From Mayamaea pseudoterrestris (taxonomy: Eukaryota), in the NCBI GenBank assembly GCA_027923505.1, contig BROI01000012.1, forward strand, positions 558,001 through 622,000: a stretch of 64,000 nucleotides of DNA, read 5' to 3'. Positions 1 through 12,092 of this stretch are shown here, piece after piece. Each line of letters begins with the position of its first letter. The first letter of the stretch is position 1. The notes under the pieces are model-generated. The model searched no databases and was not told the DNA's origin. It saw nothing but the letters and a program-made list of their open reading frames with translations. A program made the translations under genes and the position numbers.

Positions 1-319
1 TGCTCTTGGCGTATTCCTGGGTAGTGAATTGTTTCGAAGTATAAATTGTTTGAGGCATTTTGTGACCAGGAATCTCGGGATGCGGCAGCGATGACATTGA
101 AGACGACTTTGCTATTGATTCCGGCAATTGTCCATGCGGCTGCTGCTGCAGTACTTTGATGCGGCAAAGCCTTCCAGCTCCATAGGATGCGAAACAGGCG
201 CACAGAGTCGTAGCAAAGGCAAGACGCTTGGAAAGACGGCGATTGCGACTTGGAATGACAGGAGAGCTCGTCTTCGCAATGCTACATTCAGCCGGCTTGC
301 CATTGTTGCGAGTCGTCAT
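1..319 (-). CDS. 5' part of a gene running off the window; N-terminal signal anchor, product uncertain
   Basis: ATG at 319 opens a stop-free frame to position 1: MTTRNNGKP...RLAFATTLCACFASYGAGRLCR...LPHPEIPGHKMPQTIYTSKQF. It is absent from the ORF track because no stop lies in the window. Confidence 0.6.
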   Translation of the reverse strand, partial: MTTRNNGKPAECSIAKTSSPVIPSRNRRLSKRLAFATTLCACFASYGAGRLCRIKVLQQQPHGQLPESIAKSSSMSSLPHPEIPGHKMPQTIYTSKQFTTQEYAKS

Positions 320-1471
320 GCTTTTGCAGGAAGGAATCTTCGGCGTCGGCTCTCGCTTTCGATGAAATGAACGAGATATTTGCAGTTGTTATGTACTTGA
401 ACTACCCGCAGATCCCACGCTTGCGTAACGTTTGAATGATTTGTGAAGACTATGATACAAACGGATGAGCGAATGCGCGACCTGCAATCTTGTATGGCGA
501 TGTTGCTTCGGATCCTCTCGATATGTCAGCACGCGAAGAGGAGCGCGTAATGGAGGCTTCCCATGGTGCTGCGCGCGACCAAGCGATCTGGTTGGCTCGT
601 TTCGAGCACCAGCCGACGCGCAATGTGTCGCACTGGCGAATGTAAGTACCGGTACGAGATCATGACCCCTGGCATTTTCGATGTTTCGAAAGAGCCGCTC
701 ACTTCAATCGAACTCGACTTGCGATGAATACGATACAACAATGCGTTACTTCCGACTCTTGAATTATTCTAACCTCCACGCGCTCGAGCAAAGGATTTCG
801 GGACCATAAAACCGCTTCATACCTGCAAGCTACCGGCACCGTAGAAGGTAGAAGCTTGTCACTTGTCACACGCCACTCGTCACGCAGTATGCATTCGAAA
901 TCCGACATAATGAATGCGATCACTAGCGCCAAATCGAACAAAAAGCAAGATTTGAAGCAAGGAATCACAGGTGGCTGTCGACTGGTGTCGCGCAATTCTC
1001 ACTTCGACTTGATGGGCCGACACGAGGCGCTGCTGCTGCTGCTGCTTGCTTTTTGAGGTCGATGCTTGATTGCTTTATAAAAGCTGGTGCATCATTACGA
1101 CATTATAATAATTGTCGAAACGGCCGCCGATAAAAATTTTCTTGCGTGCACCACTTCATCATTACCATACCAATCCACGATTAAATGCCCATTGCGCATT
1201 GCGCATGCACTATGCACTGCTAAACCGACTACGAAGCTACCGGTAGCTGACCAATCAAGCACAAACGAAGACTTTAATTTTGTGCTACATATCCAATATC
1301 CGCCCAACAAAGTTCTTGGTTCATAACTGCGACAGACCTTTCACTTCCGCGTTACATCCGACGTTCCGCCAACGAGCCGTTGAAGGCGCGAGACCATCAT
1401 TGTCACGATCCGTACGAAACATTTTAAGTACTTGTTCCATTCGTATCGTTATAACACCAGTTTTCGCTAGC

Positions 1472-2014
1472 ATGAACCATCAGGCAGCGAGCGAACGCGA
1501 TGTTGCGAGTCAGTCAACGGATGCCGCCATTAGAATGTTAGAAATGCAAGAAACAATCCAAGCACTGCAACGTGACAAGGAAAAGTCGGCCAAATTGATT
1601 GCCGCGCTGATGCGCACGGAGGAAACCAAGGACGCTCAAGTGGAGCAGCTAACAACATGGTGCCGTCAGTTGTCGACTGCAAATCAAGCTCTCCTTCAGG
1701 ACAAGGCAAACATGCTTCACCAAGCCAAACAAGCAACGGAATGGTGCCAGCAATTGTTAGAAACGAATCAGCGACTGCAGCAGGAGCATGCGCAATCAAC
1801 GGAACAGTATAGTCGACGCTTGACTGCGACCACTAGTAGCGTGACGCAGCAACGAGACATTTATGAATTGATGCGACAAAAGTCAATTTTGGTAGAGTTT
1901 GCAAGTGGACAGGCCAAGCAACTGGAACAAATAGGACAAGCTAATGCACAGCTCTTGATTTTGAACCAGGAATTGGAGCACAAAATCCGCGCCATGGAGA
2001 ATGATGCCCCGTAG
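1472..2014 (+). CDS. Hypothetical Q/E-rich coiled-coil protein
   Basis: First ATG in ORF 1280..2014 is at 1472. Heptad-like Q/E/L pattern with an internal repeat (QLTTWCRQL / QATEWCQQL). Confidence 0.6.
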   Translation: MNHQAASERDVASQSTDAAIRMLEMQETIQALQRDKEKSAKLIAALMRTEETKDAQVEQLTTWCRQLSTANQALLQDKANMLHQAKQATEWCQQLLETNQRLQQEHAQSTEQYSRRLTATTSSVTQQRDIYELMRQKSILVEFASGQAKQLEQIGQANAQLLILNQELEHKIRAMENDAP

Positions 2015-2108
2015 AGTGAATGCTATGCAAGAGAGGATAACGATATGAGATTTAATGTATAATCTGTTATACACATAGTCATACATTCGCTTTATGCATT
2101 AGCGCACG

Positions 2109-5100
2109 TCATGGACATGTTTGCTTCTCAGTGAACGTCCACAACATGATGTCTTGGTTGTCAGCCTCAAAACCAACAGCCACTGTATAGCCAAGATATA
2201 CGATGCCGCCCTCAAAAGCGCCGGAAGATCATATGCATGGAAACTATCGGTGTTGCTGGAAAATCGTTACCCATGTTGTTGCTCCAAACAGTCAACACAC
2301 CATCTCGATACTCCACCCACATTCTACCTGGCGTTCCGTCATCGAGTGTCCGAATGAGGTCACCAAAGATTTGCTCCAGCTGTGTTAGCGTCCCGTCGGC
2401 CGATACTGTTTGAATATGCACATTGTCCTCGCCAACATCATCAACATCATTCACATCTACGGGATATTTTGAATCGGGACCATTATCATAGGTATCCCAC
2501 TCTATCACGCGCGAATTAGTAATAGCGTTTAGACCGTATGCGCCAAAAAGTCCTCCACCGCCACCCGTAGCAGCAGCGCCGCGTGGGTCTTGATGCATGA
2601 CAAACGCCATACCATCCGCGCTTTCAAACTCTTCGCCGTAGATGCGATAGCCGATTGACATGCAAAATGCCATGTCCTCGTTATTTTTCTGAAAATTATA
2701 AGGGACGAGGACGAAAGCGCCCACGGAAGCCGACCCTCTCACATCGGCCGTCATTCGCAAATAGCCTAGACTGTCGGGATCGCCGGGTTCTCATGAATAT
2801 ATTTTGCTTTCGCCTTGTTATTGTCAAATCCAAACTCACAATCGAACCCATCGGGGAAACAATGGTGACTCCAGTTGGTCTCGGTGTGATAGTTGGAAAG
2901 AGGTTATTGGAAGACGCAATGGCTGTTGCGCCAGCCGAGGGAGACACTGTCGGTATAATTGTATTGCTTAATGAAATTGGCGTCAAGAACAGGAGACGGA
3001 ACGAAAAAGGGGCTTGGGCTCGATGTTGATAAAGAGCCGGCTGGTGCAGAAGAGACCAGTGGGGACACTGAGACAGTAGACGCGGGCAACCCAAGTAGGG
3101 GAGCTGTTGAGCCATATGATGGCGAGGCACGACTCGGAGCACCATTGTCGGAATAAGGAGCAATGAGGGAGTACTAGTCAAAGAAGAAGGTGCGCTGATT
3201 GTTGGCTGAGGTGATATCGTTCGGGTCAATGGTCTACTACTTGGCCCAGGCGTTTTGATCAGAACACGAGTCGCTGAAGTTGGTACACGTATCGATGGCT
3301 GCGGCGATATTGTTGGACTGACTGTAAGTATGCTGGTCGGCGCCGAAGGAGGAAAGGCGAGCTTGTAGGTGGTGATGGAACAACTGGCACAGCTGCGCTC
3401 GTCGGAAGCTGCGTAATATTTGATGGCTGACCGGCCATTATGCTTGGTCTACCGGTAGTACTCGTTGGCAGCTCCGAGCGAGACATCAACGTTGGACTTT
3501 CTGACGTCGATGGCGCAGTCAACGCGGTGGGTGAGGTTGTTGCAACAGATGGTGATACTTGACTCGGCGATAACGAGCTTGCATTTGGTGTACCAATCGC
3601 CGGTGAACTGGAAGTACTTCGGGTAAATGTTGAAAGTGAAGGAGCGGCGGGACTTGGCATTAGTGGGATGGCGTTTGGCGCTTCCATTGACGATGTAATG
3701 GATGGATGCTGCGTCACATTTGGGGTCGTAGAAGCATTAGAATTGGGCGGCGAAGAGCTGGCATCTGGTGCTCCACCCTCGGGTGCGAAGGAAGCTAAAG
3801 GCGGCAATGATATAGCCATAAGCGTTGGCGCGCTAGTTACTATTACGCTGGGTACATTAACAGTTGGCAATGGCAATATTGTTGGGCCTATAACGGTAGC
3901 GCGGCTTGTCATTGATGGTATCTTAGATAGCTGAGCCGCAGTCGTCAGCGCTACAGTCATCGATAAAGTCGGATTGAGAGTTGGTAAAAGGTGTCATAGA
4001 GCTGGTGACAGAGGAGATGCTCGGAGCGAATGAAACAATGGGCAGTTGAACCTCGGTCGTCGGCGCCTCAGTTGAAGTTTAAGTTGTAGTCGGCCGAGAA
4101 AATGTCGTGGGCGTTGTGGCGGGAGGAGCTTGGGACAGATGTCTACGTCGGCAGCTGAGCAACAAACTCCGGCGCCCTAGTTGTTGTCAGACTCGGACTT
4201 CTTGTTGGCAGAAGCAAATTGGCTGGATTTGAGATAGTTGGCTGCTGAGAAGTTGGACTTAATGTCGGCAGCGGCAAATATGTAGGGATATTTTCCAAAG
4301 GGCTGCTCGGCAGTGATGCCACCGTCGGTGATTGAGTCACGATGGATGGTCGCGGGTTAGTAGTTGGACTAGAACTTTCGGTTGCAGCTGGGGGTGAAGG
4401 AACCAAGATACCGGACGGGTTGCTCAAGGTTGACGGCGCCAACGCAAGTGTGGGCACTTGCATTGCAAGGTTCGGTGGTGATGTACCAAGACTCGGTGCA
4501 ACAATGCCTGGTGCGGCGGATGGGATTGAGCTACAACCGGCGCCAAAGATCCAAGCGCCAATGATGGACCAGTGGTGGTTGCAAACGGCACACTGCTTGG
4601 TGTTGGCGGTATTACTGTTGGTTCCGCGAGTGACGGATTACTCGGCACCAGCGTGATTGTAGGGAGCTGGGTTCTGCTTGATGGCGAAAAAATTACTAAA
4701 TTTGGAGTTGCTGTTGATGACGGCGCAACAGACTGGCCACCCGCGGAGGGCAATTCGAAAGCGGGTGGCAAAACTGTTGGCTCCATTGCTGACAAAGTGC
4801 TCACTGCTGGCGACGCATTTGTAGAAAGCGCACTTGGACCGGGCGATGTAGTTGGAAATGGAGCTACTCCAGATGGTTCCGAATTGATGGCAGGACTCAG
4901 ACTCCTCGAAATGGTCGGCAACGGAGTCTCAGCAGAGGGCGACACAAAAATCGCTGGCTGTGATGTGCTGTTAGGAGTCGCATTCGAGGCTGGTGCCACT
5001 GATAGACTTTTCGCTATCGGTTGACGTTCACCCGAAGGTCCATGCGATGGCAGATGGAACGCGCAGGACACTTGGCCTGGACGCCATACTCGGTACACTC

Positions 5101-6481
5101 GATATTGTCGGAAAGGTAGAATGACTGGAGCTGGGTTTGTCGTTAAAGCAGCTGGAATCCCAGAGTTTATACCATTAAAGGAAGGCTGATTCGAAAGTGA
5201 CGGTCGACTCGACAACGAGGGCTGAATTGTCGCCACAGGAGGCAATGTTGCGGGACTTGGCGACGCGGGATTTCTGATGGGAGAGGCAAGTACTGGCGCA
5301 AGCGTTGTCTTTATCGCGGGAGACTTTGTTACCAAACCGGCAGAAGGAATGATGGTTATGGTAGGCAACGTTCTTGACGGTTGCAGCAAGACAGGTCACG
5401 TCGTTGACAATTCACTCGGACAAATCAGCCTCGTGGGCAATATCGTTTGACTTAAAGGCATAGTTGGTTGTCTAATTGCAGCTGGTGGTCTCGAAATTAT
5501 ATTCAATGAGGATTGGTTGTGGTAAATGGTGTTCTGGATGGAACTCGAGGCATAGACGGCTCCGTCAAAGCGGTGGGAACACTCGATATTGATGGCAGCA
5601 GACTTTGCAATGGACCTGGAGAAGCTGTAACAGTTTCAAGCGTAGGCGATTCCTTACTAGTGTTAGACGGCGCCATACCTGTGGACGGAAGTAATGAAAC
5701 AGTCGGACTCTGAGTCACCGACTTCGGCCGACATGGTCGATCGAAAATGTTCATGCTCTTCTTCGAGGCACCCGCTTTGCTCTTTTTAGATGCAGCAGAG
5801 ACAACTGACGTGCTTCCTTTAGATTGTTTTGATGCTTTAGAATCCCGCTTACTGCCATGCTTTGCAACGATACTCGTCTTGCTCAATTTGCCTTTTTTTT
5901 GAATAATAGCTAAAGTCGCTTTCCTTTCCTTGCCTATTTTACCATGATTGCTGTCAAGTACCGATTTGCTGCGTTTGCCATAATCAGCTGGGCAAATACC
6001 TTGCTTCCATGTTTCGCATCCAGCATCGACTTGCTCCCTTTGCCGGGTGCAAGGTCGAGGGCCGCCGCCTTGCTTCCTTTACTCTGCTTTGCGGCATCAA
6101 GCGACAATTTACTTTCAATACCACCCTTCATTGCAGCATTCACGTTAAAGCAGTCTAGTCGACGGCGTCGTCCTTGGGTACCCTCTCAATCGAATAATGT
6201 CCGAGTCGTTGCTTGCTGCGTCGTTGTTTGGTCGCTTCGTTTCGTCGCTGACGCAGCGGCTAAGTGTGTTCCGATAGTATCATCGCTCCGATTGTCTTGT
6301 TTGTTTTTGTCATTCACTATTATTGCTGCGTGATATGCTTCATCCTTGGCTCTGTCCTTGTTAGTAGCAAGTCGACGTTATGCCAATGCCGCCAATTTTT
6401 GTCATCCATTATCTGCGAGTGCACTCAATGCAGCAGACTCAGCGAGCGAGCGACCACAATCAATTGACAAAACCTCCTCAT
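2109..6481 (-). pseudogene. Disrupted gene for a secreted protein: RXL/KxxK-rich N-terminus, long Pro/Ser/Thr mucin-like stalk, C-terminal legume (L-type) lectin domain
   Basis: Collinear ORF fragments in shifting frames (5934-6143, 5503-5886, 4424-5389, 4143-4463, 3259-3960, 2696-3229, 2212-2760). Lectin motifs ADGMAFVMH and VIEWDTYDN, then after frameshifts VYLGYTVAVG...DIMLWTF ending at the stop at 2109. In-frame TGA at 6186-6188. Signal-like MRRFCQLIVV... starts at 6481. Confidence 0.7.
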
Positions 6482-6969
6482 AAATCATAAGCCAAAAACA
6501 AGTTTCTCCTCTATGGTATTGGCGTAGTCGTTGCTATATTTAACGCCCCTCTCTTGCTTGGCGCTGCGGAAGGAACAGCTTCAATAGTGTTTGGTAATTT
6601 AAGCAACACACAGCATACGAGCCGTTTCAAAATGACGTAACAGTCGTGCTCCTTACTTGCTGCCAAGCACTCATTGATAGCTGTTTTGCAAAGCCTTTTG
6701 GACTTGTATAAGTTTCGTGGCACTTCAGTAGCATGAGCGTTGCGCCGACGCGCCGCCTTTTTTCGTAGGTGCGCGATGGAACTCATCGGCGCTCTGTTTG
6801 ATTCACCTTGGCGCACCTGACAATGAAGAACGCATGTTTAATTGATGGAAGGTAGGTGATCGATCGTTCTAATCTTATTGTAATTGCTCCATTAAGTTAC
6901 CGCTCGCTCAAGCAGTACGCTTGGCTTGCGGTTGTTTGTGTCCTCGGGGGCTTGGCGTTTGTCGTTCAA

Positions 6970-7376
6970 AGTTATTGTCACCACTCTTTGAGCCACAGTC
7001 AGCTCACGTACGTTGAAAATCACAGTTATATTGGCACTACTGTTTCAGCCATAGTCAACTTGCGTTGAGAATCAAAGTTTTTGGCATTACTTTTTGAGCC
7101 ACAGTCAGCTCACGTACGTTGAAAATCACAGTTATTGGCACTACTGTTTCAGCCATAGTCAACGTGCGTTGAGAATCACAGTTTTTGGCAATACTCTTTG
7201 AGCCACTGTCGACTCACATACGTTGAAAATCACAGTTATTGGCACTACTGTTTCAGCCATAGTCAACATGCGTTGAGAATCAAAGTTTTTGGCACTACTC
7301 TTTGAACCACAGTCAACGTGCGTTAGTTATTGGCACTACTCTTTGAGCCTCAGTCAACGTACGTTGATGTTATTGG
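6970..7376. repeat. Minisatellite of ~8 monomers (41-56 bp), with 50- and 54-bp types alternating as a 104-bp dimer
   Basis: TTGGCA anchors at 7031, 7081, 7135, 7185, 7239, 7289 and 7330 (spacing 50, 54, 50, 54, 50, 41). Confidence 0.9.
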
Positions 7377-7442
7377 TAAACAGTCGTCGTACCGTTACTG
7401 CATTTCTCACCGCATGGCGTTGCTGCCCTCAACATTTTCACC

Positions 7443-8234
7443 ATGGTTTCTCGTCGGCCCACCCGTGCGTCTCGATCCTCGCGGGCTGCCCGACCATCCC
7501 GAAGCAGTACATCAAGTATTAAGGATGAAAGCGTTGGCCCTTTTGGATTATCTGGAAGCAACAGTGGTGTCATTCGCAAGACTGACCTACCGGCATCAAA
7601 ATGGTTATGCGTCCAAAGACCACCGGCACCAGGAGTCGGGTTCAAGGTCGAAACTTGGGTCCGAGAAGATCAATTGACGCATGATGAGCGAGTCAAGTAC
7701 TTGCCCGAAAGTATTGCAACTTCCGAAGATGTGAAACTTGTCGCTGTCGCGGATGGAAATGCTGCCATGCAGCAGCAGCAGGAAGGATCGAACAGCGACG
7801 GACTGTCAGCCCTTCACATTGCGGCTGCCATTGCATGCGCGCAACCAGACGAACAGGAAATTGCTGCGGCAGTTGCAGCTAGTAGTCAGCCGGAAATGAC
7901 TCATAATACAAGTAACGCCGCAGCTGGTACAAGTCACGCTGCTGCTCCTGCAGAAATGACTGGTCCACCGCCAACCGAAAAGCACATTTCTAATCCACTG
8001 AACTCAACAACGCTTGAGCCTCCCGCCAAGCGTGCACGCATTGATGAAGCAATGAGTTATGATGAAGTTGTAGCCGGTTCAATGGACGTCGAACCTACAA
8101 CTGCCCCGCCGCAGTCGGCGCAAGTCGCCTCGGATGATTATATACACATGACTGGTTCGACGGACAGTCGAAAGGACGAGCCTACGAGTACATCACAATC
8201 AGTATTGCCATCAACTAGTGTAGAGTTACCATGA
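7443..8234 (+). CDS. Hypothetical low-complexity protein; possible BCL7-like N-terminal motif
   Basis: 263-aa ATG ORF with R/S-rich N-terminus, KW...FKVETWV motif and NLS-like PPAKRAR. Confidence 0.65.
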   Translation: MVSRRPTRASRSSRAARPSRSSTSSIKDESVGPFGLSGSNSGVIRKTDLPASKWLCVQRPPAPGVGFKVETWVREDQLTHDERVKYLPESIATSEDVKLVAVADGNAAMQQQQEGSNSDGLSALHIAAAIACAQPDEQEIAAAVAASSQPEMTHNTSNAAAGTSHAAAPAEMTGPPPTEKHISNPLNSTTLEPPAKRARIDEAMSYDEVVAGSMDVEPTTAPPQSAQVASDDYIHMTGSTDSRKDEPTSTSQSVLPSTSVELP

Positions 8235-8281
8235 TTGGCTTTACAGTTAGAGTATTATTTCATCCTTGTTAATTAAGATAT

Positions 8282-9680
8282 TTACACCTTGCTGTAGTCC
8301 AATTTGCTTTCCAGCTTCTTGCTATCCAAAATCTTGCGAGCAGCCTTCATAAAGTCTTCCTCCAATACATAGTCCCGATCCGCTCGAATGGCATACAATC
8401 CTGCTTCAGTGCAAATGTTGCGCATGTCGGCTCCGTTCAAACCGTCGGCCAACTTGACGACGCTTTCAAAATCCACATCGCCTCGCTTGGTGATTCCTTG
8501 CGCGTGAATCTTGAGAATCTCCAATCGCTGCGTTTCATTTGGTTCTGGAATTTCAATCTTGCGATCCAATCTACCGGGGCGCAACAAGGCTGGATCCAAA
8601 ATGTCGGGACGATTCGTCGCCATGACCATTTTGACTTGGCCTTGATCCGAAAAGCCATCCATTTGATTCAAAAGCTCCATGAGTGTGCGCTGAATCTCGC
8701 GATCCGCCGACGTTCCTTCACTGAAGCGGCTTCCACCAATCGCGTCAATTTCTGCAAGCAAGCATGAGTGTAATTGGCCGTTAGCAAGAGAGTTTAACTA
8801 CGACATTGGATAATCAAGCAGATTTAAAGTGTATAAGGACGTACCATCCATGAAAATGACGCAAGGCTCATGGTCACGAGCAAAGCCAAACATTTCCCGA
8901 ATAATGCGCGCCGACTCTCCAATGTATTTGTCAACAATGGCTGACGCAACCACTTTGAGAAAGGTGGCGTTAATGTTGCAGGCAAGTGCACGAGCCAGCA
9001 GTGTCTTGCCAGTTCCAGGCGGACCTAGTTTTAAGAAGAAATTGGAGTGAAAACAGTGTCAACTGACGACATCATGTTCTACCATAGTAGTACCAGCAAG
9101 ACGTACCATACAGCAAGACTCCCTTGGGCGCCTTGATTCCAACTCGAATAAACAATTCCGGATTGGTCAGTGGCAACTCGATGACTTCTCGCAACTCCCG
9201 AATCTGTTCCGAGAGTCCTCCAATATCCGCAAAGCTCACGCCTCCACCTTCTTCTTCACCTGCCTGCATGTGGAAGACGGTTGGATCAACTTCACGCGGG
9301 AGAATGCGCATAATGGTAAGCGTGGTCATGTCGAGAGCGACTCGCGTGCCCGGCTTGAGTCTGCTGCGGTTCAAGCGCTGCCGACATCCAACAACGTATC
9401 GAGGTCCACTGCTCGCCTTGACAATGAACCGATCGTCGTCATTCGCAGTATCGTCAATCCGCTTCAAAACATCTCCAATAATTTGTCCAACTGATTGAAG
9501 AGCTTGCAAGTCGTCCTCCGTCTTTTGGTAGCGCTGGACCAAGCCTCGAACATCCTCGCGGAGGCGCTTCAATCGAGCCTCGACTTCGCGGTGCTCGCGA
9601 ATCTTGGCGCGATATTCCACCAAGACTTGCTCGCGCTCGGAACTGCTGGCGGCTGCATTGGCAGTATCAAATGATGACAT
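8282..9680 (-). CDS. RPT4: 26S proteasome AAA-ATPase subunit RPT4 (10B/PSMC6), 3 exons
   Basis: Motifs [45 protein letters not shown] and [12 protein letters not shown] introns at 9025-9106 and 8752-8844 restore the frame. Confidence 0.97.
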
Positions 9681-9882
9681 TGAATAATTGCTGTTGTGAT
9701 CAAGTAAGAATAACTATGGATTGACGGCCATGGTCGAAATGAGGATCCTGTGGCATCGTCGAGGATCGATGTGCATGACGTCATGCGTGTCTCACAGTCA
9801 ATCGTTCACTCAACCTGAACCGTAACTTTGTTGTTGCGCCAAGCAAGCGCATGCGCGCGTCATTTTTGTGTTGGTCGCGACC

Positions 9883-11725
9883 ATGAACAGCTCCTGCTTG
9901 GACAGGCCGTTCACCGTCCAATCGGACAAGGTGCAGTACACGGATGATGCTATAATAGCAGACTATGTGTGAGTCAAGTGTATGCGTGCTGGTTGACGAG
10001 AAAAATATGGTGAACTGCGATCCAAATTCACTCGAAACGTCCATTCTGCTGAGCTGTTCGATTGCAGTCCATCTCATTTTTCACTCATCCAACGAACATA
10101 CCCCTTCCTCTTCAATAGCTACCATTCTACCCAAGTCGAAGGAAATGTTGTCAAACCAGTGGAAACGAAGCTTCAGTTCAAGACGCAACGCACGGTTCCC
10201 AAGGTATGCCATGGGTCTGTCGAGGAATGGCCTCTGTCGTCGACTGCATTCATTCTCACTTCCTCTTAAATCTTCTTGGACGATGCAGCTCGGAGTCATG
10301 CTCGTTGGTCTCGGTGGCAATAACGGATCGACCTGCGTTGCTGGCGCGCTTGCCAACAAGCTCGGCTTGGAGTGGCAAACCAAGGAGGGCAAGCACAAGG
10401 CCAACTACTTTGGCTCCGTCTGCATGAGTAGTACTGTCAAAATAGGGAGCGATAGTCGAACTGGGCAAGCAGTCTATACGCCTTTGAATAACCTGTTGCC
10501 AATGGTTCATCCCAATGACATTGTTTGGGGTGGCTGGGACATTAACAGCATGAACTTGGGCGATGCCATGCGACGCTCACAAGTCTTGGACTATGATCTA
10601 CAGCAGCAACTCTACCCGCACTTGCGACAGATTGTCCCATTGCCGGCTGTATACTTTCCAGACTTTATTGCAGCGAATCAATGTGAAAGAGCGAATCATG
10701 TACTGACTGGAACAAAGCAGGAACAACTTGATCAACTGCGCAAGGATATTGCTGCCTTCAAATCAGACAATCAACTCAAGAAGCTCATCATCTTGTGGAC
10801 AGCAAACACGGAGCGCTTTGCAAACATCGTAGAGGGAGTCAATGATACGGCAGAAAATTTGCTTGCAAGCATTCAACGTGGAGGCGAATCCGAGATTAGC
10901 GCGTCAAGCTTGTACGCCGTCGCTTCCATTCTCGAGGGGTGCACCTTTATTAACGGGTCGCCGCAGAATACCTTTGTCCCTGGCGTCGTGGAATTGGCTC
11001 GACAGCACAAGGTGTTCATTGCTGGAGACGACTTTAAAAGCGGACAAACCAAAATGAAAAGCGTCTTGGTGGATTATTTGGTTTCGGCTGGCATCAAACC
11101 TGTCTCCATTGTCAGTTACAATCATCTTGGCAATAATGACGGCAAGAACCTGAGCGCGCCAAGTCAATTTCGCTCCAAGGAGATTTCCAAATCTAACGTC
11201 GTGGATGATATGGTTGAGTCCAACGCCATTTTGTTTGACAAGGACGAACACCCTGATCACGTTGTAGTCATCAAGTACGTTCCATACGTGGCCGACTCGA
11301 AGCGGGCCATGGACGAGTACACGTCTGAAATCTTCATGGGCGGCAAAAATACGATTGTAATGCACAACACGTGCGAAGACTCCCTTTTGGCGACGCCACT
11401 GATTTACGATTTGGTTTTGCTGGGTGAGCTCTGCGAACGTATTTCGATCAAGAACGAAAACTCCGAGGAATGGGAGTCCTTTCATCCAGTCCTGTCGCTG
11501 CTTTCATACATGCTCAAGGCTCCACTGGTGCCATTTGGCGCACCCGTAGTGAACGCCTTGTTTACGCAGAGGGAGGCAGTGGTGAATGTTATACGAGCCT
11601 GCCTTGGTCTGGCGCCGGACAACCACATGACGCTGGAGCATCGGCTGGAAAGCAGTTTGGAGGCGCTTGTCAATTCATCAACGAACGGCAATGGAGCAGT
11701 TCACAAAAAGCGCCGGGTTGTTTAG
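9883..11725 (+). CDS. INO1: Myo-inositol-1-phosphate synthase, 3 exons
   Basis: Motifs [29 protein letters not shown] and [10 protein letters not shown]. Exon 1 9883-9968 ([22 protein letters not shown]), exon 2 10119-10203, exon 3 from 10289, all with GT-AG boundaries. Confidence 0.97.
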
Positions 11726-12092
11726 ATCAAGCCGTGTCTGCATCTTTGCATTGTAATAGCGAAGCCAACTGCAAGCAATCGCCAAGAGTTAAGGCAAAGT
11801 AGATAGTTTGTACTACGGACAGGCGCGATATTGACAAACTGCAGATACTTGTAGAGTACATGCCTTGCATCAAAGGAGATAACTTATCGCCCTTGCCTTG
11901 CATGCCATACTACTTGCAGGTCATGCGGCTTTGCTGCAGGATTCTAATTATTCCCTTAGCGTGACTGAAAAGACAGATTTCTGCGGGTGAGTCACATTTC
12001 CATCCGTCGTGCACCATGACGAATCATCTTAATATTATACTCTGGTCAAATCCAAGACCAAGGAGCAGAATTAATCAATTCCTCGAATTAGT

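Noticed and set aside
9965..10288. ORF-track N-terminal extension of INO1
   Set aside because: Read-through of introns. The spliced model from ATG 9883 gives the typical MIPS N-terminus.
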